NCBI GenBank assembly: GCA_037141795.1
Contig: JBAXBV010000011.1
Span: 69,843-133,842, forward strand
DNA length: 64,000 nucleotides
Direction: 5' to 3'
From: Betaproteobacteria bacterium
Lineage (GTDB): Bacteria; Pseudomonadota; Gammaproteobacteria; Burkholderiales; Ga0077523
Position numbers and translations under genes: made by a program. This document shows, in pieces, positions 26,566-37,968 of this stretch (positions within the stretch are counted from its first letter, which is position 1; the number at the start of each line of letters is the position of its first letter). Below the pieces are notes generated by a model. The model worked only from the letters and a program-made list of their open reading frames with translations, was not told where the DNA came from and did no database searches.

Positions 26566-26958
26566 CTAGCGGAAGCGGTTCAGGACCGACTGGGCCAGAT
26601 GCAGTGCGTTGGGTAACCGGGGTGGGGCTGCCAGCCAGCCCACCGCTACCCCGGCTGCATTGGCTGCGGCGTCCGCGGCCGAGGGTTCCCGATATCCGGT
26701 GAGGGCCTGGGCGAACTCGAGGGCGATCCCCATCCCGACCAGCAGGAAGGCGGCCCTGCGTCGCTCGGACCGATGGGTGTACACCTGCGAGAACCAGAGC
26801 ATCAGCCCGCCGTAGGCACCCAGGTGCTGGAGCTTGTCTCCCTGAGAGATGCCCAGGTCCGGGGGGTCGGGAACGAGCGAATAGCCGCTGACGAGGGCGA
26901 CGCCGCACCAGCCGGCGATCAGCCACAGGACGCGCAGCCTGTCAGGCGTGGAGATCAT
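26566..26958 (-). CDS. VanZ-like family membrane protein
   Basis: 130 aa from ATG 26958, 1 nt after the recQ stop. Three to four hydrophobic helices. DKLQHLGAYGGLMLWF is typical of VanZ-like proteins. Confidence 0.6.
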   Translation of the reverse strand: MISTPDRLRVLWLIAGWCGVALVSGYSLVPDPPDLGISQGDKLQHLGAYGGLMLWFSQVYTHRSERRRAAFLLVGMGIALEFAQALTGYREPSAADAAANAAGVAVGWLAAPPRLPNALHLAQSVLNRFR

Positions 26959-26959
26959 G

Positions 26960-28819
<1,860 letters not shown>

Positions 28820-28824
28820 GGGCC

Positions 28825-29460
28825 TCAGCTGAGGGGTGTCATGACGGTCCTGCGATATGAAGGACGGCTCGACAGCTCCTCGAACCAGCGGGCAACGGCT
28901 GGCGCGGCGGGGCGCTCCACCGGAAGTGCGAACCAGCGCCAGATGCCGCAGCCAATCGGGATGTCTGCCGCCGTGAAGATGTCACCGGCGACAAAACGCC
29001 GGCCGGTCAGGTGGGTGTCCAGCAGGGCCACCGCGTCGGCGGTCCGAAGGCGCGAGGTTTCCATGGCTTCCGGGTCGCGCTGATCCGGCGGCGTGCGAAT
29101 CAGGTTCCAGAACAGGGGCCGGATGGCCGGCCAGAAGGTGCTGTCCTGCCAGGACATCCAGCGGTCTGCGTCCGCGCGCACCCGCAAGTCGTGGGGCCAG
29201 AGCGTGCCCGGGGCGTGGGTGGCCGCGAGGTAGCGCACGATGGCGTTGGATTCCCAGAGGATGAAGCCGTCCTCTTCCAGCGTGGGCACCAGGCCATTGG
29301 GATTGAGCCGTCGATACTCGGGGGTGTCGACAACCCCATAGGCAAGCCCGGCATCGATGCGGTCGTGGGCCAGGCCGAGTTCGTCGCAGATCCAGAGGAC
29401 CTTCTGGACATTCACGGAATTGGCGCGCCCCCAGACGATGCGCCGGTTGACCCTGTTCAC
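28825..29460 (-). CDS. Glutathione S-transferase (GstB/YliJ-like)
   Basis: 211 aa with a GTG start. [22 protein letters not shown] and [21 protein letters not shown] form the GST N-terminal thioredoxin-like fold. Confidence 0.85.
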   Translation of the reverse strand: MNRVNRRIVWGRANSVNVQKVLWICDELGLAHDRIDAGLAYGVVDTPEYRRLNPNGLVPTLEEDGFILWESNAIVRYLAATHAPGTLWPHDLRVRADADRWMSWQDSTFWPAIRPLFWNLIRTPPDQRDPEAMETSRLRTADAVALLDTHLTGRRFVAGDIFTAADIPIGCGIWRWFALPVERPAAPAVARWFEELSSRPSYRRTVMTPLS

Positions 29461-29502
29461 GCTGGTGCGGTCCGGCGGGGTCGCGGTGCACGGCGACGGG
29501 AC

Positions 29503-30339
29503 TCAGGGGGCATGCGACTCCGCCAGCGCCGCGTCGATCAGCCGCCTGGCGATGCTGAGCCTGTGGGGGAGCGGGGGCAGCGCATCGGGTGTGAACCATC
29601 CCGCGGCCTCGATCTCGCCCTCCTGCGGCGTGATGTCGCCGCCCGCGTAATCGCACTGGAAGGCGACCATCAGGGAATGGGGGAACGGCCAGGGCTGACT
29701 GGAAAAATAACGCAGGTTCGTGACATCGACCCCGACTTCCTCCCGGACCTCCCGGACGAGGCATTCCTCCAGGCTCTCGCCCGGCTCGACGAAACCTGCG
29801 AGCGCACTGAACATGCCTGGCGGGAAGTGGGGTGAGCGCGCCAGCAGCAACTCGCGGCCTCGCCGGACGAGCGCCATCGCCACCGGCGCCAGCCGCGGAT
29901 AGTGGGATTGGCCGCAGGCGGGACAGGTGCGGGAGCGTTCGCTTGCTTTTCTCTCCGTAGGCGTCCCGCAGCGGCCACAGTACTGGTGGGAGCGATCCCA
30001 GTCCATGATCTGGACGGCTCGCCCTGCGAGGAGGAATGTGGCGTCATCGATGATGCTGAACAGGCTGCGCAGCCCCGCGAAGGTCATCCGTCCGGCGGGA
30101 CGGGCCGTTTCGTCGCACTCGGCGGAAAAGCAATGGCGACCGTGCAGGGTTCCCAGGTACTGGATGCGCAGGGGCTCCACACCCAGGGAGCGCGGGTCCG
30201 CCACGCAGGGCAGTTCCACCGTTGCCTCGCTTGGGTGGAGCAGGATCTGGTTGCCGCGGAAGACGAACCACCAGGCATCTCCGGCGGGTTCGTCGGGGGG
30301 GGAGATGCCGGGCACGAACCCGGGAGCGGTGAGCAGCAT
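29503..30339 (-). CDS. nudC: NAD(+) diphosphatase (NADH pyrophosphatase)
   Basis: 278 aa. Zinc ribbon CGRCGTPT...CPACG. Nudix box GFVEPGESLEECLVREVREEVGV. Confidence 0.9.
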   Translation of the reverse strand: MLLTAPGFVPGISPPDEPAGDAWWFVFRGNQILLHPSEATVELPCVADPRSLGVEPLRIQYLGTLHGRHCFSAECDETARPAGRMTFAGLRSLFSIIDDATFLLAGRAVQIMDWDRSHQYCGRCGTPTERKASERSRTCPACGQSHYPRLAPVAMALVRRGRELLLARSPHFPPGMFSALAGFVEPGESLEECLVREVREEVGVDVTNLRYFSSQPWPFPHSLMVAFQCDYAGGDITPQEGEIEAAGWFTPDALPPLPHRLSIARRLIDAALAESHAP

Positions 30340-30348
30340 GCGGGTGGG

Positions 30349-32103
30349 TCAGCGTTTCGGCATGTAGAGGTCGGTGATGCTGCCCTCCGCGATTTCCGCC
30401 GCGAAGAACACCGTTTCGGACAGGGTCGGGTGGGGGTGGATGGTGAGCCCGATGTCCGTGGCGTCCGCGCCCATCTCCAGGGCGAGGACGGTCTCGGCGA
30501 TCAACTCTCCCGCGTTCGGACCCACCATGGCAGCGCCGAGCAGGCGCCGCGTCTTCCGGTCGAACAGCAGCTTGGTGAGCCCCTCGTCCCGTCCGGTCGC
30601 GAGAGCACGTCCGGACGCCGCCCAGGGGAACGAGGCCTTTTCGTAATCGATGCCCTGAGTCTTCGCCGCGGTTTCCGTGAGCCCCATCCAGGCGATCTCG
30701 GGATCGGTGTAGGCCACCGAGGGGATGGTCCGGGCGTCGAAGGCTGCCTTGTGCCCAGCGATCACCTCGGCGGCGAGCTTGCCCTCGTGGGTCGCCTTGT
30801 GGGCGAGCATGGGCTCGCCGCACACGTCACCGATCGCGAAGATGTGGCCGACGTTCGTGCGCTGCTGACGGTCGACGGGAATGAACCCCCGCTCGTTCAC
30901 GGTTACACCTGCCTCCGCGGCGTCGATGTCGCGCCCGTTGGGGCGCCGCCCGACGGCAAGCAGTACCCGGTCGTACAACTGGGGCTCGGGTGCACCGTCC
31001 CCTTCGAAGGTGGCGCGGAGTCCCCCGGGCTCGGACTCGAGCTTCGTCACGCGGGTGCGCAGCAGGATGGCCTCGTAGCGCTTCTCGAGCCGCTTGTGCA
31101 GCGGCTTGACGATGTCCCGATCGGCCCCGGGGATCAGGCCGTCGGCGAGTTCCACCACGCTCACGCGGCTGCCGAGCGCGTCATAGACACAGGCCATCTC
31201 CAGGCCGATGATCCCGCCCCCGATGACGAGCAGACGTTTCGGGATGTCGGCGAGTGCCAGGGCGCCGGTCGAGTCCATCAGCCGGGGGTCGTCATAGGGG
31301 AACCCCGGGATGCGCGTCGCCTGTGACCCGGCCGCGATGATGCAGTGGTCGAAGGACACGGTTCGCCGGGCTCCCTCGGCCGTGGTGACGGTGATCAGGC
31401 GATCCGAAGCGAACCGGCCGACGCCCTGCACGATGTCCACCTTGCGTTGCTTCGCGAGTCCTCCCAGGCCCTTGGTGAGGCGCCCCACCACTCCGGCCTT
31501 CCAGTTCCGCAACTGGTCGAGATCGACGGCCGGCTTGCCGAAACGGACGCCGAAATGGGACATTTCGTCCGCCTCGGCGATCACTCGCGCGGCGTGGAGC
31601 AGCGCCTTGGAGGGGATGCAGCCCACGTTGAGGCACACCCCGCCGAGCGTGGGGTAGCGCTCGATCATCACGACCTTCCGGCCGAGATCGGCGGCCCGGA
31701 AGGCGGCCGTGTAGCCGCCGGGACCGGAGCCCAGCACCACGACGTCCGCGTGGATGTCCCCTCGCGCCGCCGGTACCGCAGCCTGTGTCACGGGGGAGGT
31801 CGGCGCAGGCGCCGGCACCGCGGGTGCCGCCGCCGCAGCGGGTGCTGGCGAAGTCGCGGCGCTGCTGGTCTCAAGCAGGCCGATCAGGGTGCCTTTTCCG
31901 ACCTTGTCTCCCACCCTGACCTTCAATTCCCGGAGCGTGCCCGCCGCCGGAGAAGGCACTTCCATCGTCGCCTTGTCGGACTCGAGCGTGAGCAGCGGAT
32001 CCTCGGGGCGGACCACGTCGCCCGGCTTCACCAGGATCTCGATGATCGGCACATCCTTGAAGTCCCCGATGTCGGGAACGCGAATTTCCATCAGATCACT
32101 CAC
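30349..32103 (-). CDS. lpdA: Dihydrolipoyl dehydrogenase (E3) with N-terminal lipoyl domain
   Basis: 584 aa. GTG start with GAGGAG 6 nt upstream. Lipoyl motif LESDKATMEVPS. FAD motif VVVLGSGPGGY. Redox disulfide GGVCLNVGCIPSK. C-terminal HAHPT-type HPHPTLSE. Confidence 0.95.
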   Translation of the reverse strand: MSDLMEIRVPDIGDFKDVPIIEILVKPGDVVRPEDPLLTLESDKATMEVPSPAAGTLRELKVRVGDKVGKGTLIGLLETSSAATSPAPAAAAAPAVPAPAPTSPVTQAAVPAARGDIHADVVVLGSGPGGYTAAFRAADLGRKVVMIERYPTLGGVCLNVGCIPSKALLHAARVIAEADEMSHFGVRFGKPAVDLDQLRNWKAGVVGRLTKGLGGLAKQRKVDIVQGVGRFASDRLITVTTAEGARRTVSFDHCIIAAGSQATRIPGFPYDDPRLMDSTGALALADIPKRLLVIGGGIIGLEMACVYDALGSRVSVVELADGLIPGADRDIVKPLHKRLEKRYEAILLRTRVTKLESEPGGLRATFEGDGAPEPQLYDRVLLAVGRRPNGRDIDAAEAGVTVNERGFIPVDRQQRTNVGHIFAIGDVCGEPMLAHKATHEGKLAAEVIAGHKAAFDARTIPSVAYTDPEIAWMGLTETAAKTQGIDYEKASFPWAASGRALATGRDEGLTKLLFDRKTRRLLGAAMVGPNAGELIAETVLALEMGADATDIGLTIHPHPTLSETVFFAAEIAEGSITDLYMPKR

Positions 32104-32181
32104 GGAGAACTCCTCGTGGTTTCCCGCTCCCCGGGTCCGTCCCGGAAAGCGGCGTCAAGTGTGGTCGGGCAGCCCTGCGGT

Positions 32182-32550
32182 TCAGCGCAGGAGCACGGCG
32201 GCGAGCGCTCCCGCCCCGGCAACCAGTGCCAGGGCGCTCATCCAAAGGGCCAGACGCAGTCGGGTCGAAAGGGCGGCGGCGGTCTCCGCGAGCAGATGCG
32301 CCTGCGAGTCCAGGAGTCCGGCCTGGGCGTCGACCTGGGACCTGAGCTTGTCGATCCGGGAACGCGCCGCCTCGAGCTCGAAACGGAGCTGGGCGACATC
32401 GGTTCCCCCCTCCGGCGCCGTCCCGGAGTGCGCCGGTTCCGCCTCGTCCTCACGCGTGCGGCGGAAGTCACGCACGAGATCCGGAACGCGCGCGGCGGCC
32501 CGGGCGAGTTCGCCCCAGGGCGCATGCCTGAGCCATCCCCACGCCGGCAC
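32182..32550 (-). CDS. Hypothetical tail-anchored coiled-coil protein
   Basis: 122 aa with a GTG start 5 nt after the proA stop. High third-position G+C through the frame. Heptad-like QLRFELEAARSRIDKLRSQVDAQAGLL. C-terminal TM LALWMSALALVAGAGALAAVLL. Confidence 0.45.
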   Translation of the reverse strand: MPAWGWLRHAPWGELARAAARVPDLVRDFRRTREDEAEPAHSGTAPEGGTDVAQLRFELEAARSRIDKLRSQVDAQAGLLDSQAHLLAETAAALSTRLRLALWMSALALVAGAGALAAVLLR

Positions 32551-32555
32551 GGCCG

Positions 32556-33812
32556 TCAGCCCCTGATCTGCCCGCTGCCGAGCACGACGAACTTGAGGGA
32601 CGTGAGTCCCTCCAGTCCGACAGGCCCGCGCGCGTGCAGCTTGTCAGTCGAGATCCCGATTTCCGCGCCGAGGCCGTATTCGAACCCGTCCGCGAAGCGG
32701 GTCGACGCGTTGACGAGCACAGAACTCGAATCCACCTCCCGAAGGAAACGGCGCGCGTGCCCGTAATCCGAGGTGACGATGGCGTCGGTGTGCTGAGATC
32801 CGTAGGTATTGATGTGATCGATCGCCTGATCCAGATCGTCCACGAGGCGGATGCTGAGGATCGGTGCCAGGTATTCCGTGTGCCAGTCGTCTTCGGACGC
32901 CTCCAGCATTTCGGGTACGACCGCACGTGCCCGTGGACAGCCGCGCAGTTCCACGCCCTTGTCGGCGTAAAGCCGCGCCAGGGGAGGCAGGATGCGTGTC
33001 GCCGCGTCCGCGTGCACCAGAAGGGTTTCCATGGTGTTGCAGGTGCCGTAGCGGTGGGTCTTGGCGTTGTCCGCTATCAGCAGCGCCTGGTCAGCGTCAG
33101 CGGAGGCGTCGATGAAGACGTGGCAGATGCCGTCCAGGTGCTTGATGACGGGGATGCGCGACTCGTTGCTGATCCGTTCGATGAGTCCCTTGCCGCCCCT
33201 CGGCACGATGACGTCGACGTAATCCTTCATCGTGATGAGCTCACCGACCGCTGCGCGGTCAGTGGTCTCGATGACCTGCACCGCGGTTTCGGGCAGGCCG
33301 GCCAGGCGCAGCCCCTCGTGGACGCAGGCGGCGATGGCCTGGTTGCAGCGGATCGCCTCCGAACCGCCGCGAAGGATCGCGGCATTGCCGCTCTTCAGGC
33401 AGAGCGCCGCTGCGTCCGCCGTCACGTTCGGACGGGCTTCGTAGATGATTCCGATCACGCCGAGAGGTACACGCATGCGGCCCACCTGAATCCCGGAGGG
33501 GCGGTAGCGCAGGTCGGTGATCTCGCCCACGGGTTCAGGAAGCCCGGCGACCTCGCGCACACCCTGCGCCATGGCGCGAACACCGCCCTCGGTAAGCGTC
33601 AGGCGGTCCAGCAGGGCGGGCTCGAGGCCGCGCGCCCTCGCCTGCTCCACGTCCGCCGCGTTGGCGGCGAGCAGGTCCGGAAGTTCCCGTTCGATGGCGC
33701 CGGCGATGGCGCGCAGTGCGCTGTCCTTGGCGAGGGACTCGGCCCTGGCCATTGCCCTGGACGCCACGCGGGCCGCGCGGCCGACGCCATGCATGTAGCT
33801 TTGAACATCCAT
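32556..33812 (-). CDS. proA: Glutamate-5-semialdehyde dehydrogenase
   Basis: 418 aa. [36 protein letters not shown] and catalytic-Cys region [13 protein letters not shown] are characteristic. Confidence 0.95.
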   Translation of the reverse strand: MDVQSYMHGVGRAARVASRAMARAESLAKDSALRAIAGAIERELPDLLAANAADVEQARARGLEPALLDRLTLTEGGVRAMAQGVREVAGLPEPVGEITDLRYRPSGIQVGRMRVPLGVIGIIYEARPNVTADAAALCLKSGNAAILRGGSEAIRCNQAIAACVHEGLRLAGLPETAVQVIETTDRAAVGELITMKDYVDVIVPRGGKGLIERISNESRIPVIKHLDGICHVFIDASADADQALLIADNAKTHRYGTCNTMETLLVHADAATRILPPLARLYADKGVELRGCPRARAVVPEMLEASEDDWHTEYLAPILSIRLVDDLDQAIDHINTYGSQHTDAIVTSDYGHARRFLREVDSSSVLVNASTRFADGFEYGLGAEIGISTDKLHARGPVGLEGLTSLKFVVLGSGQIRG

Positions 33813-33900
33813 GAATTCAGTGATCCCCCGATGCAGACGCCGATTCTAACCCGCCGCACCCGCATCGCGACCCTGTTCCGGCATCGCGGGGCAGGCCACG

Positions 33901-34935
33901 TCAGGGGTCCACGCCGGACATCACGGCCTTGCCGGGGGCGGCGATTCTCAGGGCGAGTTGTCTCAGCTCGTCCCACGGATCGCCGCGGCGCAGGCCCTTG
34001 ATCATCCGGTCGATCCCCGCGGCGTGCAGCAGCGCCGCCTCCATGCCGCGGGTGGTGACGCGCCGGAGGGCGCCGGGCATCGCGCGCTGGCGATCACCCC
34101 AGACCCGGGAATCCCGCAGCGCCTGGGAGAGGACCCCCCCTGCCGCGAGCGTCCGCTGCACCCTGAGGAGGGTTCTGGCCTCTTCCGCGAGCGCCCAGAG
34201 CACCAGAGGTGGCGCCACGGCTTCCGCACGCAGGCCGTCTATGATCCGCACCGCGTGGACCGCGTCACCCCCCAGGACGGCGGGCCCCAGGCCGAAGACG
34301 TCGAAGCGCGCCACGTCCATGACCGCGGCCCGGACAGCTTCCGGTTCCAGCGGTCCTGGAGGGAAGAGCAGCCCGAGCTTGAGGACCTCCTGATGGGCCG
34401 CGAGCAGGTTTCCCTCGACGCGGGCCGCCAGGAACTCGATGATTTCGGGGGATGCGGACTGGTGCTGGGCTTCCAGGCGCGCCCGCAGCCAGGCGGGCAA
34501 CTCCGCGTTGCCGACCTTCTGTGCGTGGACGACGACCCCCGTGTGTTCCAGCGCGGTGAACCAGCGGGTTTCCCGTGTTCGCCGCTCGAGCTTTCCCAGG
34601 GAGACGATCGTCACCACGTCCGGGGGCGGTGTCTCGGCATAGCGCGCCAGCGCGTCGCCGCCCTCTGCGCCAGGCAGGGCCGAGCCGAGCCGCACTTCCA
34701 GCAGCCGTTTGCTGGCGAACAGGGACAGGCTCGCTCCCGTTGCCCACAGCCTGCGCCACTCGAAGCCGGCCTCGACGGTGAGCACTTCCCGCTCGGTGTG
34801 TCCCCTCGCCAGGGCGCCCGCTCGTATCCGGTCGATGGCCTCGATGGCAAGGAGGGTTTCCTCTCCGTACACCACGTAGAGGGGGGAGAGTTGCCTCTCC
34901 AGGTGGCGTGGAAGTTGTGAGGGGTCGATCTGCAC
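33901..34935 (-). CDS. holA: DNA polymerase III subunit delta
   Basis: 344 aa with a GTG start. LSPLYVVYGEETLLAIEAIDRIR and overall length fit HolA. Confidence 0.85.
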   Translation of the reverse strand: MQIDPSQLPRHLERQLSPLYVVYGEETLLAIEAIDRIRAGALARGHTEREVLTVEAGFEWRRLWATGASLSLFASKRLLEVRLGSALPGAEGGDALARYAETPPPDVVTIVSLGKLERRTRETRWFTALEHTGVVVHAQKVGNAELPAWLRARLEAQHQSASPEIIEFLAARVEGNLLAAHQEVLKLGLLFPPGPLEPEAVRAAVMDVARFDVFGLGPAVLGGDAVHAVRIIDGLRAEAVAPPLVLWALAEEARTLLRVQRTLAAGGVLSQALRDSRVWGDRQRAMPGALRRVTTRGMEAALLHAAGIDRMIKGLRRGDPWDELRQLALRIAAPGKAVMSGVDP

Positions 34936-34976
34936 GGCTCAGGGGCCTCGCGCCGACCGGTGATCCGTTCGCGGAG

Positions 34977-36704
34977 TCACAGTTCGTTCATCCGCGCCAG
35001 CAACCGGCGCAGCTTGTGGGGATCCTCGGTGCGAAGCATCCGGCGTGCGGTCGCCGTGACCTCCTTCATGTCACTGCGAAGGATCACCTGCTTGACGGTG
35101 AGGAGGTTTGCCGGATGCATGGAGAACTGTCGCAGACCGAAGCCCAGCAGCAGCCGGGTGAGGGACGGATCGCCTGCCATTTCGCCGCAGACCGCCACCG
35201 GAACCGCGGATGCCGTGGCGCGCTTGATGATGGACGCCACCAGGTTCAGCACGGCCGGGTGCAGGGGGTCGTAGAGGTGGGCGACGGATTCGTCTGTCCG
35301 GTCGATGGCGAGGGTGTACTGGATCAGGTCGTTCGTGCCGATGGACAGGAAGTCGAGCCGACGGGTGAAGATGTTCAGGCACAGCGCGGCGGCGGGCACC
35401 TCGATCATGCCGCCCACGGGCACCTCGTGGTCATAGGCAATGCCGTCGTCGTCGAGGCTCCGGCGCGCATCCTCGACTGCCTGGAGGGCCTGGTTCAGTT
35501 CCAGGACCGAGGACAGCATCGGGATCAGGATGCGCACCCTGCCGTGGGCGGAGGCGCGGAGGATCGCCCGCAGCTGGGCCCGGAACATCACGGGTTCCGC
35601 GAGGCACAGACGAATGGCGCGCAGGCCGAGCGCCGGATTGGCAGCGACCCGTTCCGCCCCGTCGAGGTCCTTGTCGGCTCCGAGATCGAACGTGCGGATG
35701 GTGACCGGCAGGCGCCCCATCTCGGTGACGACCTTGCGGTAGACCTCGAACTGCTCGTCCTCGCCTGGAAGGTCGCGACGGTTGAGGTACAGGAATTCCG
35801 TGCGGAACAGGCCTACTCCGGCGGCACCGTTGTCCCGGGCCTGGTGGACGTCCTCGAACAGTTCGATGTTGGCATGCAGCTCGATGCGGGTCCCGTCGAG
35901 CACGGCGGCGCGGGTGGTCGTGAGCCGGCGCAGCTTCTGCTGATCCAGCTGCCACTCCTCCTGGCGGAGCCGGTATTCCTCGAGGACCTGCGTGTCGGGA
36001 TCGACGATCACCACGCCGCGGGTGCCATCGACGATGACGACCTCGTTCTCGCGGATGAGGCGCCGCGCGTGATGCAGGGCGACGATCGACGGAATGCCCA
36101 GCGAGCGCGCGACGATGGCGGTGTGAGACGTGGTTCCGCCAAGGTCCGTGATGAAGCTCGCGAACCGGTGCTGCTTGTAGAGGATCACGTCGGCCGGGGA
36201 CAGGTCGTGCGCAACCAGCACGCTGCCTTCCTCGGGCGGCGCGATGGACACGCTCGCCCGCTCGTCCGTCATCAGCGCCGCCAGCACCCGCTCCACGACC
36301 TGCTTCACATCGGTCTTGCGCTCGCGCAGGTAGGGGTCGTCGATCTCGTCGAACTGCGCCAGCAGGGCCTCCATCTGCTGTTTGAGTGCCCATTCCGCGT
36401 TGCAGCGCTGGGTCGCGATGGCGGTCTTCGGCGCCAGAGCCAGCGTCTCGTCGCCGAGGATCATGAGGTGCACGTTGAGGAAGGCCTCGAACTCCGCGGG
36501 CGCGTTCTGGGGAATGTGTTTGGCCAGGTCGGAGAGTTCCCGCCGCACCTTGTTGAGCGCGAAGTCGAATCTCTGCTGTTCCGCAGGGACACGCTCCTGG
36601 GCGATTTCCAGGTGCGGGACCTCGAGTTGCGCGTGGGTGACGAGGTGGGCTCGGCCGATGGCGATCCCGCCTGAAACCGCGATGCCGTGCAGCGTGAACG
36701 ACAT
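34977..36704 (-). CDS. ptsI: Phosphoenolpyruvate-protein phosphotransferase (PTS enzyme I)
   Basis: 575 aa. Phospho-His region GGTTSHTAIVARSLGIPS. PEP-binding barrel motifs SIGTNDLIQYT and CGEMAGDP. Confidence 0.95.
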   Translation of the reverse strand: MSFTLHGIAVSGGIAIGRAHLVTHAQLEVPHLEIAQERVPAEQQRFDFALNKVRRELSDLAKHIPQNAPAEFEAFLNVHLMILGDETLALAPKTAIATQRCNAEWALKQQMEALLAQFDEIDDPYLRERKTDVKQVVERVLAALMTDERASVSIAPPEEGSVLVAHDLSPADVILYKQHRFASFITDLGGTTSHTAIVARSLGIPSIVALHHARRLIRENEVVIVDGTRGVVIVDPDTQVLEEYRLRQEEWQLDQQKLRRLTTTRAAVLDGTRIELHANIELFEDVHQARDNGAAGVGLFRTEFLYLNRRDLPGEDEQFEVYRKVVTEMGRLPVTIRTFDLGADKDLDGAERVAANPALGLRAIRLCLAEPVMFRAQLRAILRASAHGRVRILIPMLSSVLELNQALQAVEDARRSLDDDGIAYDHEVPVGGMIEVPAAALCLNIFTRRLDFLSIGTNDLIQYTLAIDRTDESVAHLYDPLHPAVLNLVASIIKRATASAVPVAVCGEMAGDPSLTRLLLGFGLRQFSMHPANLLTVKQVILRSDMKEVTATARRMLRTEDPHKLRRLLARMNEL

Positions 36705-36740
36705 GCGGGCCTCAGGCGCCGGTGAACCGGGTCCGGCGCA

Positions 36741-37010
36741 TCAGTCTGCCTCCCCGAACCGGTCCGCAATCAGCGTCAGCAGGGCGGTCATGGCCGCTTC
36801 CTCGTCAGGGCCGTCGGTTTCGATCGCGACCCGCGTGCCCTTGGAGGCTGCCAGCATCATGACACCCATGATGCTCTTCGCATTCACGCGCCTGCCGTTG
36901 CGGGTCAGCCAGACTTCGCACGGGTACTGGGCTGCGAGTTGAGTGAGCTTCGCCGAAGCCCGGGCGTGCAGCCCCAGGCGGTTGATGATTTCAGCTTCCC
37001 GTTGCTGCAT
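36741..37010 (-). CDS. ptsH: Phosphocarrier protein HPr
   Basis: 89 aa from ATG 37010. IINRLGLHARASAKL contains the His15-type site. SIMGVMMLAA contains the Ser46 region. Confidence 0.9.
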   Translation of the reverse strand: MQQREAEIINRLGLHARASAKLTQLAAQYPCEVWLTRNGRRVNAKSIMGVMMLAASKGTRVAIETDGPDEEAAMTALLTLIADRFGEAD

Positions 37011-37404
37011 TTGCGATCGCCGGTGGCATCCTGAACACCCCCTCCAGACCACCCGACATGGCCTTGGCCACGACGGTCCTGAGGGGCTCGTTGCGGTAGG
37101 TCAGGGCACGCACGAGCATGGGCAGGCTGACGCCTGCGATGCCCTCGACCCTGCCGGGAACCAGCAGCCGCGCCGCGATGTTGCTCGGCGTTGCGCCGTA
37201 GAGGTCCGTCAGCAACAGCACGCCGGACCCCTGATCGAGCTGGCCGACAAGCGCGGCTCCCCGGGCCGCAACCTGTGCCGGATCGTCCTGGATTCCGACC
37301 GCCATCTGGAGCAGGAATTGCGGCCGGCTGCCCATCACGTGGGTCGCGCACTGGACCAGACTGTCGCCCAGGCTGCCATGGGCAATGATCAGGATTCCGA
37401 TCAT
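36991..37404 (-). CDS. PTS EIIA component, mannose/fructose family (stand-alone)
   Basis: 137 aa from ATG 37404. MIGILIIAHGSLGDSL carries the EIIA(Man) phospho-His. It overlaps the HPr start by 20 nt. Confidence 0.85.
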   Translation of the reverse strand: MIGILIIAHGSLGDSLVQCATHVMGSRPQFLLQMAVGIQDDPAQVAARGAALVGQLDQGSGVLLLTDLYGATPSNIAARLLVPGRVEGIAGVSLPMLVRALTYRNEPLRTVVAKAMSGGLEGVFRMPPAIANAATGS

Positions 37405-37683
37405 GCTCGTCCCGGCCGGCACGGCCGCCAGGGGCCGGGACACCGCCGCATCGACCGGGCGCGCAGCCACCGGAGATGGACCGCCGAAGCGGGTGGGCCC
37501 CCTGGCGCCACGCCATGGAGGACGGCCGGGTGAAGCATCGCGAGTCTCATGAAACCAGCCGCCGGGGTCCCGGCCATCACTGACATTGCGCCGGATTCTA
37601 CCCCGGATGTCTCGTGGGCGAACGGGGCGCGGCCTGGCCGGAGGACCACCCGCGCGGACCAGTGCCTGCCCGCGCCCTGGCGG

Positions 37684-37968
37684 TCAGAGCGTCGGGAGGT
37701 TCTCGAAGCCGTCGAAGGAGCCTTCCGCATCGTCTTCCTCGACGCGCAGAACCATCGCGGCCGGCGGACCCCGGTGGACCCAGGCCATGATGGCGGCCAC
37801 CTGTCCGGCCGTGCCCTGAACCATCGCCTCGACGCTGCCGTCCCGGCGGTTCCGGACCCAGCCCGCCACGCCGAGACGAAGGGCCTCCCGGCGCATGGCA
37901 TCCCGGTAGCCCACCCCCTGCACCCGGCCGCGGATCGCCAGGCGCCGGGTTCGGATCTCCGCGGTCAC
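37684..37968 (-). CDS. acyP: Acylphosphatase
   Basis: 94 aa. GTG 37968 overlaps the metG stop (GTGA). Signature [11 protein letters not shown] plus [17 protein letters not shown]. Confidence 0.8.
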   Translation of the reverse strand: MTAEIRTRRLAIRGRVQGVGYRDAMRREALRLGVAGWVRNRRDGSVEAMVQGTAGQVAAIMAWVHRGPPAAMVLRVEEDDAEGSFDGFENLPTL

